From Alphaproteobacteria bacterium (GTDB lineage: Bacteria > Pseudomonadota > Alphaproteobacteria > Bin95), in contig OZ219787.1 of assembly GCA_964291285.2 (NCBI GenBank), forward strand, positions 1,152,001 through 1,216,000: a DNA stretch of 64,000 nucleotides, in the 5' to 3' direction. Every line of letters begins with the position of its first letter. Positions within the stretch are counted from its first letter, which is position 1. The notes below the pieces were generated by a model. That model saw nothing but the letters and a program-made list of their open reading frames with translations. It was not told the DNA's origin and searched no databases. A program made the translations under genes and the position numbers. Shown in pieces: positions 8,947 to 20,860 of this stretch.

Positions 8947-9783
8947 GGTCGTGTACCCATAAGGGGTTTCTTCTTCAGCGAAGCTGTGATTCAAGCTCCC
9001 AACTTCAGGGAGCGAGGACATGGGCCGGTACGATCTGACGGACTTCGAATGGCGGGTGATCAAGCCGTTGCTGCCGAACAAGACCCGTGGGGTGCCGCGG
9101 GTTGACGACCGGCGGGTGTTGAACGGCATTCTGTGGGTGCTTCGCGCGGGGGCGCCGTGGCGAGACCTGCCGGAGCACTACGGGCCTTATACGACCTGCT
9201 ACAACCGGTTCAACCGCTGGCGCAAGAAGGGCATCTGGGATCAGTTGATGGATGCGGTGGTGGAGGCTCACGACGGCAATGTGCAGATGATCGACAGTTC
9301 GAGCGTCCGGGTTCACCAGCATGCGGCGGGGTCAAAAAAGGGGGTCCGGATCGTTGCATGGGCCGTTCCCGTGGCGGACTGACCACGAAGATCCACGCCG
9401 TGTCGGACGTGAGCGGCCTGCCGGTCCGCTATGACCTCAGCCCCGGCCAGGCGCACGACACCACGGCCGCCGGTGCCATGCTGGCGACCCTGCCGCCCGA
9501 CAGTTTCCTCGTCGCCGACAAGGCCTATGACGCCAAATGGATCCGTGACCTGATCGAGCAACACGATGCCGTCCCGATCATCCCCGACCGCGAAGGCGCG
9601 AAGACCAGGCACGCTTTCTCCAAACCCTTGTATAAATTGCGAAACCGGATCGAACGCGCCTTCAACAAACTCAAGCAGTTCCGCCGCATCGCCACCCGAT
9701 ACGAAAAGCTCGCGGCCAACTTCCTCGCCATGATCAAGATCGCTACTGTAAGGCTCTGGCTACGCGCTTATGAGTCCACGGCC
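8947..9783 (+). mobile_element. IS5-family (IS427-like) insertion sequence
   Basis: IRL GGTCGTGTACCCATAAG vs IRR (revcomp) GGCCGTGGACTCATAAG; GTTA flanks both ends (8943-8946, 9784-9787). Confidence 0.9.
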
Positions 9784-9843
9784 GTTAGTGGCTTATCGTT
9801 ACAAGCGATGCAGACTGTGGCCTCGCCGGGATTTTCGGGTTAA
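9020..9843 (+). CDS. IS5 transposase, OrfA (9020-9382) and OrfB joined by -1 frameshift
   Basis: YDLTDFEW...GAPWRDLP...MIDSSSVRVHQHAAG; slippery AAAAAAG at 9334-9340; OrfB GRSRGGLTTKIH, ADKAYD, YKLRNRIER. Confidence 0.9.
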
Positions 9844-9876
9844 ACAGGCTGGGATTTCTGGGTTGATCAGTTTGTC

Positions 9877-11520
9877 ATGAACGGGGAAGCGGTTCTGGGC
9901 GACGGGCGCGTCAGGCCGGACTGGACGATGACGCATCTGGTCCGCGCCCGGGCGCGCGAGCATGGCGAACGGGTCTTCGCGACCTTCGAGGGCGGGGCAG
10001 CGCTGACCTTCGCCGGACTCGACCGGGAGTCGGACCGCTTCGCCGCCGCGCTCGCCGCCTGCGGGGTCGGCCCCGGCGAGCGGGTGATGGCGCTGCTCGG
10101 CAACGGGCCGGAAATCCTGATCGCCTTTTTCGGCGCCATGAAGGCGGGCGCCCTCATCGTGCCGGTCAACATCGAACTCAAGGGCGCGTTCCTGGCGCAC
10201 CAGATCGGGAACGCGGAGCCGGCGATGGTCGTGGCGGAAGCCGGCCTTGTGCAGGCATTCGACGGCGTCGAGGGGCCGGCGCCGGCGCGGCTGGCCGTGG
10301 TCGGGGACGAAGCGCCGGCGGCCCTGCCGGGCCTGTTCGCCGGGAGCGCCGTCTCGACCTTCGAAGCCTTCCTGGCCGCAGGTGGCGGCGGTCCCGTTCC
10401 CGAAACAGGCGTCCGGCCCGGGGATATCGGGGCCATCATGTACACGTCCGGCACCACGGGGCCCTCGAAGGGCGTGCTGCTGCCGCACGGGCACCTGTTC
10501 CTGATGTCCGCCGCGACGGCGCGCGCGACGGGCCTGACGGGCGACGACTGCTACTACGTCTCCATGCCGCTCTTCCACATCAACGCGCTCTGCGCGCAGA
10601 CGCTGGCGGCGCTGACGGTCGGCGCCAGGGTCCATATCGTGCGCCGCTTCAGCCCCAACCGCTGGCTGGACGAGGTCATCGCCTGCGGCGCCACGCACAC
10701 CAACCTGCTGGGCGTCATGCCGGAGTTCCTGTTCAACACGGCCCCCACGCCGCGCGACCGCGACCACCGCCTGCGCGTGACCCTGGCGGTGCCCATCGGC
10801 CCCTGGGGCGCGGAGTTCGAGGAGCGCTTCGGCCTGCGCATCCTCCAGGGCTTCGGGATGACGGAGTGCGGCCTGCCGTTCTGGTGCCGGCTTTCCGAAC
10901 CCGTCGAGACCGGCTGCGCCGGCTATATCGCCGAGCAATGGTACGAGGCGCGCGTGGCCGATCCCGACACCGACATGCCCCTGGCCGCGGGCGAGGTGGG
11001 CGAATTGCTGGTCCGCCCGAAAATGCCCGGCTGCTTCTTCGCCGGCTACTACCGGATGCCGGAGCGCACGGTGGAAGCCTGGCGCAATTTCTGGTTCCAC
11101 ACGGGCGACGCCGCGCGCTATGACGAACGCGGCCGCCTCCACTATGTGGACCGCCTCAAGGACTGTATCCGCCGGCGCGGCGAGAACATTTCCGCCTTCG
11201 AGGTCGAGCAGGTACTGAACGCGCACCCCGCCATCGCCGAGAGCGCCGTGGTCGGGGTCAGGGTCGAGGGCGCGGGCGGCGAGGAGGAGGTTCTGGCGCT
11301 GCTGCTCCCGGAAAACGGTGCGCGGCCGGACCCGTGCGAGCTGCTCGACTGGTGCATGCCCCGCATGCCGCGCTACGCCGTGCCGCGTTTCGTGGATTTC
11401 GTCGGCGGTTTCGAGAAGACGGCATCCGGCAAGCTGCGCAAGGCCGACCTCCGCGACACCGGCCTGCCGCCGGGCGCCTGGGACCGGGAACAGGCCGGCT
11501 ACACCATCGCCCGGCATTGA
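9877..11520 (+). CDS. ATP-dependent acyl-CoA ligase (CaiC-like)
   Basis: YTSGTTGPSKG, GFGMTE, WFHTGD, DRLKDCIRRRGENIS, TASGK. Confidence 0.92.
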   Translation: MNGEAVLGDGRVRPDWTMTHLVRARAREHGERVFATFEGGAALTFAGLDRESDRFAAALAACGVGPGERVMALLGNGPEILIAFFGAMKAGALIVPVNIELKGAFLAHQIGNAEPAMVVAEAGLVQAFDGVEGPAPARLAVVGDEAPAALPGLFAGSAVSTFEAFLAAGGGGPVPETGVRPGDIGAIMYTSGTTGPSKGVLLPHGHLFLMSAATARATGLTGDDCYYVSMPLFHINALCAQTLAALTVGARVHIVRRFSPNRWLDEVIACGATHTNLLGVMPEFLFNTAPTPRDRDHRLRVTLAVPIGPWGAEFEERFGLRILQGFGMTECGLPFWCRLSEPVETGCAGYIAEQWYEARVADPDTDMPLAAGEVGELLVRPKMPGCFFAGYYRMPERTVEAWRNFWFHTGDAARYDERGRLHYVDRLKDCIRRRGENISAFEVEQVLNAHPAIAESAVVGVRVEGAGGEEEVLALLLPENGARPDPCELLDWCMPRMPRYAVPRFVDFVGGFEKTASGKLRKADLRDTGLPPGAWDREQAGYTIARH

Positions 11521-11622
11521 CGAAAGGGAGCGGACAGTTCCGCCGCCGGATCGAATGCGGACCATCGGTCAAACCGGGTATATAAAACCAGCATTGACGC
11601 CGTCCGGGGAGGGTTGAGGACC

Positions 11623-13215
11623 ATGCAGGCCGAATATGTCATCGTGGGGGCGGGTTCCGCCGGGTGCGTGCTCGCCGAGCGGCTGAGCGCGGGCGGAGCG
11701 GAAGTGGTGCTGCTGGAGGCGGGCGGGAAGGACACGAACCCGCTCATCCATGTGCCGGCGGGCGTGCTGAAGCTCATCACCCACCCGGTCGTCAACTGGA
11801 ACTACTACACCGAGCCGGACGAGAAGACCGGCAACCGCGCGTTCCATTGCCCGCGCGGCAAGGTGCTGGGCGGGTCGTCCTCGATCAACGGCATGCTGTT
11901 CATCCGCGGCAACGCGGCCGATTTCGACAGCTGGGCCCAGATGGGCGCGCGCGGCTGGTCCTATGACGACGTGAAGCAGCACTTCAAGAGCATCGAGCGC
12001 TACGGGCCGGGCGATCCGGGCGAGCGCGGCAAGTCGGGCCCGATCCTGGTGGAGGACTACCGGACCGTCCTGCCGCTCACCCACCGCTTCGTCGAGGCGG
12101 CGCAGCAGGCGGGGCACGCCTTCGCGCGGGACCTGAGCGGCCGGCCGCCGGCGGAGGGCGTGGGCTACTCGCAGATGTCGCGCAACGGGCGCTTCCGCGG
12201 CTCGACCGCGCGGACCTTCCTGCGCGACGCGCGCGGGCGGGCGAACCTGCGGGTCGTGACCGACGCCCATGCGACCGGGCTCACCTTCGAAGGCAAGCGC
12301 TGCACGGGCGTCGCCTTCCGGCAAGGCGGCCGGGACCGGGAAGTCAGCGCGGCGCGGGAGGTGATCGTCTCCGGCGGCACCGTCAACTCGCCGCATCTGC
12401 TCCACATATCGGGCGTCGGCCCGGCGGACCGGCTCAAGGAGATCGGCGTCGAGGTCCGCCACGACCTGCCGGGCGTCGGCATGAACTATTCGGACCACTA
12501 CACGGTGCGCATCTCCCACCGGGTGCGCGGCCAGCAGTCGATCAACCAGCTTGCGCGCGGCTGGCGGCTGGTGCGCGAGATGGCGCGCTTTGCGCTCCTC
12601 GGCAACGGCGCGCTCACCTTCGGCGTCTCCAGCGCGCAATGCTACACGCGCTCGCGGGAGGGGCTTGCCTCCCCGGACATCCAGCTCCTGTTCACGCCGG
12701 CGAGCTTCGACGAGGACGATTTCGGCCGGCTGGAGCGGGAGGCCGGCATGTCGGTGGCGGTCTCGATCGCGCGCCCCTCCTCGCGCGGCGAGATCGTGGC
12801 GGTCTCGCCGGACCCCTTCACGCCGCCGGCCATCCGCCCGAACATGCTCGACGACCCGGACGATCTGCGGGTCGCCGTCGAGGGTGTCCGCCAGGCGCGC
12901 GAGATTTTCGCCCAGCCGGCCTTCGCCGGCATCACCCAGGGCGAGATTTCGCCGGGGCCGGAGGTGGACGGCAAGGAGGCGCTGGAGGACTTCGTGCGCC
13001 ACACAGGGCGGACGATCTACCACATGGTCGGCACCTGCCGCATGGGCGAGGACCCGATGGCGGTGGTCGATTCGCGCCTGCGCGTGCGCGGGCTGGAAGG
13101 GCTGCGGGTGATCGACGCCTCGGTCATGCCCACAGTCACCACCGGCAACACCAACGCCCCCACCATCATGATCGCGGAGAAGGGCGCGGGCATGATCCTG
13201 GAGGATAATGCGTAG
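11623..13215 (+). CDS. GMC oxidoreductase (choline dehydrogenase-like)
   Basis: [41 protein letters not shown]. Confidence 0.93.
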   Translation: MQAEYVIVGAGSAGCVLAERLSAGGAEVVLLEAGGKDTNPLIHVPAGVLKLITHPVVNWNYYTEPDEKTGNRAFHCPRGKVLGGSSSINGMLFIRGNAADFDSWAQMGARGWSYDDVKQHFKSIERYGPGDPGERGKSGPILVEDYRTVLPLTHRFVEAAQQAGHAFARDLSGRPPAEGVGYSQMSRNGRFRGSTARTFLRDARGRANLRVVTDAHATGLTFEGKRCTGVAFRQGGRDREVSAAREVIVSGGTVNSPHLLHISGVGPADRLKEIGVEVRHDLPGVGMNYSDHYTVRISHRVRGQQSINQLARGWRLVREMARFALLGNGALTFGVSSAQCYTRSREGLASPDIQLLFTPASFDEDDFGRLEREAGMSVAVSIARPSSRGEIVAVSPDPFTPPAIRPNMLDDPDDLRVAVEGVRQAREIFAQPAFAGITQGEISPGPEVDGKEALEDFVRHTGRTIYHMVGTCRMGEDPMAVVDSRLRVRGLEGLRVIDASVMPTVTTGNTNAPTIMIAEKGAGMILEDNA

Positions 13216-13275
13216 GGCGGGGGAAAGACATTGACGCGCTGTTGACCCCGCACCCGGTTGCCGGCTTCTGTCCTG

Positions 13276-14700
13276 CTAGCCAGGCGCCCAAAAGGCGGTC
13301 GTGGAGGGGTCGCGAATTGCCGTGCGGCCAACCATGTAGCAATAGAAACTGGTGGGCGTGAAGTACAAGATCGAACCATCGCCCCAAGGCTCGATGCTGC
13401 CCTGTCGGGTGCGAGTGGTTGCAAGCAGGTGCGCGCTAGGGTGCCGCCTTGCAAATTCCCGAAGGCCTTTCAGCATTCCGGGATTTCTGAAATAGCGGTC
13501 CGACCACTTGACCTCGACGCACCAGTTCGGACTTTGTTGCCTATCGAGAAGCACGATATCCACTTCGCCATTCTGCCAGCGCGCATAGTGAAGGTTGAGG
13601 TCGGCATGGAACCATTGGGCAAAAACCGCGGTCTCCGCAATCGGGCCCATGGCCTCGTCTTCCGCCGTCACGGGGCCGAACAGTGCACAGCGCAAAGTGG
13701 GCGCGGTCACATAGACCTTGAAGGATGTCGTGCGCGTGAAGCGCCGGGCATTGCGGTCGATGCGGTGAACGATCCGGATCAGGAAGGCCGCCTCCAGATA
13801 TTCCAGATAGCGCCGGATAGTCGGCTTCGTAACACCGGAGCGCTGCGATAGCTCGTCGAGCGAGACCTCCTCGGCCGTGTTGAATACCAGGGTCATAAAG
13901 AGGGCATTCAATTCCTGCACGTTCTGAATGCCGTAAAGGCTCGGAAGATCGCGAAGGAGTACCTTGTCAACGATGTCGGCTCCGATATAGCGCGCGGGGT
14001 CGTCACGAATGGCGGGTGACGAAACGGCTTCCGGGAAGCCGCCGAAATTCACATAGTCGATAAAATGATTGTTCAACCCTTCCGGGTCGACAAGGCGGTA
14101 GGACGTATCGGTTACCGGTTCTACAAGCCCTGCGATGCCCTGAAGATCGAGAAATTCGTAGAAGGTAAGGGGAGGCAGCAGGAAGTCCGTGAAACGGCCC
14201 GCGCCCGATTCCATGCTCTTCAGGCGCAGCGCGGCGGCGGCCGACCCGGACACGACGCAGCGAATGCCGGGATGTGCGTCCACGAACGCCTTGAGGTGGC
14301 GTTCCCAGTCGGCCAGATACTGGATTTCGTCCAGGAAGAGCGCGCGGGGACCGTCGGCACTGCCGCTCGCCTCGCGGATTTCCCCGGCTATTTCCTCGAT
14401 GGAGAGCCGCGCATAAAGCGGCTGGTCGAGCGAGGCGTATCCGACGTCCCGGGGCGCGTAATCTGCTGCGGCGAGGAGGCGGTCGATGGCGTGGTGGATC
14501 AGGACGGTCTTGCCGACGCGCCTCGGCCCCATGAGAACCACGGCGCGGCGAACGCCCGTTTCTTCGACGAGTTCGGCGAAGCGCCGGAAATAGGCGCGCG
14601 GCTTCAGTCGGGCGTAGTCCTCCCGGATTCCGCCGCCGTCCCACCAGGGGTTGTCGGCTCTCAGGCGCTGATGCCGTTGGGTTGACGAAATCTCACGCAC
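13276..14700 (-). CDS. AAA+ ATPase (AAA_14 plus DUF4143-like, C-terminal PD-(D/E)XK-like)
   Basis: [20 protein letters not shown], wHTH, EVDIV...VEVKW. Confidence 0.88.
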   Translation of the reverse strand: MREISSTQRHQRLRADNPWWDGGGIREDYARLKPRAYFRRFAELVEETGVRRAVVLMGPRRVGKTVLIHHAIDRLLAAADYAPRDVGYASLDQPLYARLSIEEIAGEIREASGSADGPRALFLDEIQYLADWERHLKAFVDAHPGIRCVVSGSAAAALRLKSMESGAGRFTDFLLPPLTFYEFLDLQGIAGLVEPVTDTSYRLVDPEGLNNHFIDYVNFGGFPEAVSSPAIRDDPARYIGADIVDKVLLRDLPSLYGIQNVQELNALFMTLVFNTAEEVSLDELSQRSGVTKPTIRRYLEYLEAAFLIRIVHRIDRNARRFTRTTSFKVYVTAPTLRCALFGPVTAEDEAMGPIAETAVFAQWFHADLNLHYARWQNGEVDIVLLDRQQSPNWCVEVKWSDRYFRNPGMLKGLREFARRHPSAHLLATTRTRQGSIEPWGDGSILYFTPTSFYCYMVGRTAIRDPSTTAFWAPG

Positions 14701-15009
14701 CGCCCGAATGTAGCGTTACCCGCCGCCGAATTCAAGTTAAGCAAAGTCAACTTTCCTTATCGGGAAATCCCCGAAATTATCCATATATTTCAATTGGATA
14801 TAATTACACGAAATACCGTGAACCCGCACGAATCGTGGGAAATCGGCGCTTTCCTGCCTGCTGCCGGCCGCCCGCGTCCGGGCCTGCATTGCCGGCTGCG
14901 GTGGAAACGGCGTCGGTTCCGGGCGGTGTCCAGGGCGCCGGTCGAGCGGACCGGCGGGCCGAGGCCCGTGCCGGAGGAACTGCGCCCGGCGCCGCCCCAG
15001 GCGGGCGCG

Positions 15010-15453
15010 TCATCGCGGCGGGGCTTCCGGCCGCGCCCGGCCGTCCGCCGCAGGGTCCTTCCGGCGGCCGGCGAGGCGCTGTTTGCGTTCGAGGCCGTGG
15101 CGTTTCAGGAAGCGCTGCACCGTCATCGCGCTGAACGCCGCTCCCTCGGCGGCGAGCGCATCGCGCAGCCCGTACATGGAAATCGCCGGCCGCGCCTCCA
15201 GGATGCGGAGGATCCGCTCCCGCTCGGCTTCGATCCGCCACGAGCGGCGGTCGCCGCCCTGCCTGTCGGCCCGGAGCTGTCCGCGCTCGCGGAACCGCCG
15301 CACCCACAGGGCGACGCTGTCCCCGCCCACGTCGTAAAGCCGGCCCGCGGCCCGGGCGCTCATGCCCTTCTCCACCACCGCCGCGACCGCCCGGCGGCGC
15401 AGGTCCTCGCCGACCGCCCGGCCCCGCCGCCGCTCCGCCAATATATCCGTCAC
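15010..15453 (-). CDS. Stand-alone IS630-OrfA-like double-HTH protein (copy 2), no DDE domain
   Basis: DLRRRAVAAV...SARAAGRLYDVG..SVALWVRRFRERG...ILEARPAISMYGLRDALAAEG...QRFLKRHGL; GTG start with GGAGGAG RBS. Confidence 0.75.
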   Translation of the reverse strand: MTDILAERRRGRAVGEDLRRRAVAAVVEKGMSARAAGRLYDVGGDSVALWVRRFRERGQLRADRQGGDRRSWRIEAERERILRILEARPAISMYGLRDALAAEGAAFSAMTVQRFLKRHGLERKQRLAGRRKDPAADGRARPEAPPR

Positions 15454-15595
15454 CGCTCCTCCCTTTCCGCTTCGCCGCCTTGCGGCAGGTTGATGGATAC
15501 TTGCGCCGTTTCCGCGCCGCCTGCATGTCCGTGATTACCCCTCAACTTCTCCGTCACGGCCCTCGCTTCCCCCTTGCAGCCTTGTATCGACTTGA

Positions 15596-16777
<1,182 letters not shown>

Positions 16778-16940
16778 CCGACAACACAGTCGCTCTCCCT
16801 GCGAGCGGCCGCCAGCCGGCCGCCGGGAGAGGCGCGTCTGTACAGGACGGGGAGCGATGCGCGGCGCCCGTGCAACCGCCGCTCCCCGTCTGTGCCGTCA
16901 GGTCATGGTCCCGTTCGCTCCCGCCGGATGCTTCTTTCTA

Positions 16941-16973
16941 GAATGAATATAGAACAAATGAAGTGCAATGCAA
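16941..16973 (-). promoter_or_regulatory. sigma70-like promoter with LexA box, facing HTH copy 2
   Basis: Minus strand TTGCAT-N16-TATATT; + strand GAAT-GAATATA-GAAC at 16941-16955. Confidence 0.62.
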
Positions 16974-17032
16974 CCCATTAGAGGAAAAAAAACTTAAATA
17001 GTGTTATTTCAAAGGCTTCGACGTTCGCCCCG

Positions 17033-18391
17033 CTACGACCGGGCCTGCGGTTCGGAGGCCCGCCCGGCGGCGAAGGCCAGTGCGAGGGTGGCCAGGACCG
17101 GGACGGCGGCGGAGCCGAGGAAGACGGCGGCGAAGGCGTAGAGGAATGTGCCGCCGACGGTGTTGAAGGCGAGCATCAGGCCGGTTGCGCCCAGCACCAC
17201 GCCGAGCGTGCGCGTCATCATCACCAGGCTGCCGGCCACGCCCCGGTCCGCCAGCGGCAGGCTGCCGCTCGCGACTTCCAGATAGGCGACCTGGAAGATG
17301 CCGAGGCCCGCGCCGTGCACCAGCAGCGCGACCACCACGAAGGCCATGCCCGGCTCCGCGCCCCAGAGGCCGATGCCGGCAAGCCCGCCAGCGACCGCAA
17401 GCGCGCCGGCCGCCGCAATCAGTCTGCCGTCGCGGCGCTGCGCCCAGCGTCCGGCCAGGGGTGACGCCAGCGCCATCCCGAGCGGCGAGAGGGCGAGCAG
17501 AGCGCCCGCGGTCAGCACGTCCAGCCCGGCCACGCGGTCGAGCCAGAAGGGTACCAGCAGCATAACCGCGAAGCCGACGAGATTGACCGCAATGTTGCTC
17601 GCCGCTGGAATGGAGAAGCCCGGCCGGCGGAAGGGGGCCAGGCGGATGATCGGTGATGGATGGCTGCGGAGCGCGAACCAGGCGCCGGCCCCGAACGCCG
17701 CCAGCAGCAGCGCGAAGCCGAACCAGCCGCCGCTTGCCGCCCGGTTGATGCCGAGCAGCAGGCAGCCAAGCGCGAGGACCAGCAGCGCAGCGCCCACCGC
17801 GTCGAAACGGGGCGCGCCTCCGCCTGCGGCGGCCGCGGGCGGCGCGCGGAACAGCAGCAGGGCGGCGAGTGCGATCGGGGCACGGAACCAGAACACGCCG
17901 GCCCAGCCCATCGCGTCCACCAGCAGGCCGCCCAGCGAGGGCCCGACCGCGCCGCCGAGCGCGAACAGCAGCGTGTAGGCGCCGAGCACCCGCGCGCGCG
18001 ACGACTCGGGGAAGTAGGCCGTCGCCAGTGCCGGGCCGACCGCGAGCACCATCGCCGTGCCGACGCCCTGGGCCACGCGGGCGGCGAGCAGGATTTCGAA
18101 AGCCGGCGCGAGCGCGCAGGCGACGAAGGCGGCGATGCTCCAGGCGAGCCCGATGCGGAACAGCCGTGCATGGCCGAACAGGTCGCCGAGGCGCCCGCAG
18201 ACCAGCATCAGGCTCGCATAGGTCAGCACGTAGCAGATGACGACCCACTGGATGTCGCCGAGTTCGATGCCGAGGCTGCGGACGATGTCGGGGAAGGCGA
18301 TGTTGACGGCCGTGTCGAGCGAGCCGATGGCCGTGCCCAGCCCCACGACGACGACGCCCGCCGCCGCCCGCCTGCCCGGACCGCTGCTCAT
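17033..18391 (-). CDS. MFS transporter (DHA2-like)
   Basis: GRLGDLFGHARLF motif A; many TM helices. Confidence 0.9.
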   Translation of the reverse strand: MSSGPGRRAAAGVVVVGLGTAIGSLDTAVNIAFPDIVRSLGIELGDIQWVVICYVLTYASLMLVCGRLGDLFGHARLFRIGLAWSIAAFVACALAPAFEILLAARVAQGVGTAMVLAVGPALATAYFPESSRARVLGAYTLLFALGGAVGPSLGGLLVDAMGWAGVFWFRAPIALAALLLFRAPPAAAAGGGAPRFDAVGAALLVLALGCLLLGINRAASGGWFGFALLLAAFGAGAWFALRSHPSPIIRLAPFRRPGFSIPAASNIAVNLVGFAVMLLVPFWLDRVAGLDVLTAGALLALSPLGMALASPLAGRWAQRRDGRLIAAAGALAVAGGLAGIGLWGAEPGMAFVVVALLVHGAGLGIFQVAYLEVASGSLPLADRGVAGSLVMMTRTLGVVLGATGLMLAFNTVGGTFLYAFAAVFLGSAAVPVLATLALAFAAGRASEPQARS

Positions 18392-18418
18392 CGCGCGGCG
18401 TTTCCCTCCGGACCCCGC

Positions 18419-19504
18419 CTACCGGAACTTCGGCATGATCTCTTCCGCGAACCGGCGGAAATTGCGCCGGTCCACGGCCTTGGGCGGCAGCAGCACGATC
18501 TCCCGGCAGCCGGCCGCTTCCATCGCCCGGATGCGCTCGACGATCAGGTCCGGCTCGCCGACCAGCCCGCCGGTCGCCTGCACCGTGGCGGGCGTGACGA
18601 AGCGGTGCTCCGCCTCGGGCAGGTAGGAGCAGTGGCCCAGATGGACGCGGAGGTGCATCCGGTCGTCCGGGATGCCGAGGTCCTTCAGGAAGCGGTTGTA
18701 GAGGTCCCAGTCGTCGCGGGCGTAGTCGGGGATGAACCCGTCATGGCCGACGATGCGGGCGTGCTCCCACCAGTAATGCAGCGTGGCGCCCACCTGCGCG
18801 CCGATCTCCTCGACGATATGCGGGTCGCTCACCTTCTCGCCCGGCTTCATGGCGCAGTAGAAGGTGAGCGTCGAGGCGTGGAAGTCCTCCGGCAGCGTGC
18901 GGTCCGCCTTCTCGGCCCCGGCCTTCACCCGGTCGAGATTGCGCGCCATGACGCCGAGCGGCTCGGCGCCCGCGCAGATGCGCCCGTCGCCGAGTTCGCC
19001 CGCGATCTCCAGCGCCCTGGGTCCATTGGCCGCGACATGGATCGGCACCGGCGGCTCGAAGCCGATGAAGCCCATCTCCCGGTTCTGGAAGCGGATGGGG
19101 CGCGTCAAGCCGTCATGCGTGAACGCAACCTCCTCGCCGTGCAGGAGGCCGCGCACCACGCGGAGATAATCGCGGAACGCAGCGGGCTTCATCGGGGGAT
19201 GGCCCATGATGCGCATGGCGGTGTGGCCGGTGCCGATGCCGAGAAAGGCGCGGCCGGGCGCAAGCCGGTTGATGGACGCGATCGAATGCGCTGTCACCGG
19301 CGCTAGGCGGGTGCCCGGTATCGCGACCCCGGTGCCGAGGCGGATGCGCGAGGTGTTGGCCGCCGCCAGCGCCAGCACCGCATAGCAGTCCGACCAGATC
19401 ATCTGGCTGTCCGGCGCCCAGCCGGAATCGTAGCCGAGCTCCTCGGCGAGCTGCAGCGTCTGCCACTCGTCGATCTTGGTGTTGACCATCGCGCCGAACT
19501 GCAT
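18419..19504 (-). CDS. LLM-class flavin-dependent oxidoreductase
   Basis: AEELGYDSGW, TSRIRLGTGV, GRAFLGIGTG, AANGPRALEIAGELGDG. Confidence 0.9.
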   Translation of the reverse strand: MQFGAMVNTKIDEWQTLQLAEELGYDSGWAPDSQMIWSDCYAVLALAAANTSRIRLGTGVAIPGTRLAPVTAHSIASINRLAPGRAFLGIGTGHTAMRIMGHPPMKPAAFRDYLRVVRGLLHGEEVAFTHDGLTRPIRFQNREMGFIGFEPPVPIHVAANGPRALEIAGELGDGRICAGAEPLGVMARNLDRVKAGAEKADRTLPEDFHASTLTFYCAMKPGEKVSDPHIVEEIGAQVGATLHYWWEHARIVGHDGFIPDYARDDWDLYNRFLKDLGIPDDRMHLRVHLGHCSYLPEAEHRFVTPATVQATGGLVGEPDLIVERIRAMEAAGCREIVLLPPKAVDRRNFRRFAEEIMPKFR

Positions 19505-19630
19505 GGGGGCGTTTCCTTCCATCGCAACGGCCCGGACTATAGCGCGCCGCCGCCGGCCGGCATTCCGGTTTGTCCGGGGCCTCTGTATCCTTGCACGGCG
19601 AACGGCTCCCGGAGGCGGAAGGACGGACCC

Positions 19631-20767
19631 ATGGCGATTGCCGAGCCCGCGTTCACTCTGGGCGTGGAGGAAGAGTATCTGCTGGTCGATGCGGAGACGG
19701 GCGCGCTTGCCTCCAACCCGCCGGAAAGCCTGATGGACGAGTGCGTAAGCGCGCTCGGCGAGCAGGTCACCAACGAGTTCCTCCAGGCCCAGGTCGAGAT
19801 CGGCACGAAGGTCTGCGGCGATATCGGCGAGGTGCGGGCGGAGCTGCGCCGGCTCAGGAGTGGCGTCGCGCGGGCCTGCGGCAATCACGGCCTCGCCCCG
19901 GTCGCGGCCTCCACGCACCCCTTCGGCGACTGGCGCCAGCAGGACTATGTCCACAAGGAGCGCTATGAGGGCCTCGCCCACGACATGCAGGCCGTGGCCT
20001 ACCGCATGCTCATCTGCGGCATGCACGTCCATGTCGGCATCGAGGACGAGGAGCTGCGCATCGACCTGATGAACCAGGCCCGGTACTTCCTGCCCCACAT
20101 GCTCTGCCTGACGACCTCCTCGCCCTTCTGGCAGGGGCGGGACACGGGGCTGGCGTCCTACCGGCTGACGGTCTTCGACGCCATGCCGCGCACCGGCCTG
20201 CCCGAGCCGCTGGCCAGCTGGAGCGAATACCAGCGCATGATCGAGCACATGACGAGCTCCGGCCTCTTGGAGGATGGCTCCAAGATCTGGTGGGACCTCC
20301 GCCCGAGCTCGCGCTTCTCGACCCTGGAGATGCGCATCTGCGACGTCTGCCCGGACATGGAGGACGCGCTCGCCGTCGCCGCGCTGTTCCAGTGCATCCT
20401 GCGCATGCTCTACCGCCTGCGGCTCGGCAACCAGCGCTGGCGTGACTATCCCAACATGCTGATCCAGGAGAACCGCTGGCTGGCGCAGCGCTATGGCAGC
20501 CGCAGCTGGCTGGTCGATTTCGGCAAGCGCGCGCTGGTGCCCTTCGCCGACCTCACGGACGAGCTTCTGGAGCTGGTGCGCGAGGACGCAGAGGCGCTCG
20601 GCTGCACGGCGGAGGTGGAGCGCGCCAGGCGGATCGCTGCCCGCGGCACCTCCGCCGAGCGCCAGCGCGCCGCCTGGGAAGCCGCCGGCGGCGGCGCCGA
20701 CAGCGACGCGGCGCTCCGCGCGGTCGTTCGAGAACTGGCGGCCGAGACGGTGAGCGGCCTTGACTGA
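19631..20767 (+). CDS. Carboxylate-amine ligase (YbdK / glutamate-cysteine ligase 2 family)
   Basis: TLGVEEEY, CGMHVHVG, SSPFWQG, WWDLRP, TLEMRICD. Confidence 0.92.
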   Translation: MAIAEPAFTLGVEEEYLLVDAETGALASNPPESLMDECVSALGEQVTNEFLQAQVEIGTKVCGDIGEVRAELRRLRSGVARACGNHGLAPVAASTHPFGDWRQQDYVHKERYEGLAHDMQAVAYRMLICGMHVHVGIEDEELRIDLMNQARYFLPHMLCLTTSSPFWQGRDTGLASYRLTVFDAMPRTGLPEPLASWSEYQRMIEHMTSSGLLEDGSKIWWDLRPSSRFSTLEMRICDVCPDMEDALAVAALFQCILRMLYRLRLGNQRWRDYPNMLIQENRWLAQRYGSRSWLVDFGKRALVPFADLTDELLELVREDAEALGCTAEVERARRIAARGTSAERQRAAWEAAGGGADSDAALRAVVRELAAETVSGLD

Positions 20768-20860
20768 ATAGTGGCCGGTGGCCAGTCGATAGTGGATAGG
20801 GTTCGGCCTGACCTGCTATTCACCAAACACCGACCACTAACCGCCGGAGCCCGGTCCCCC

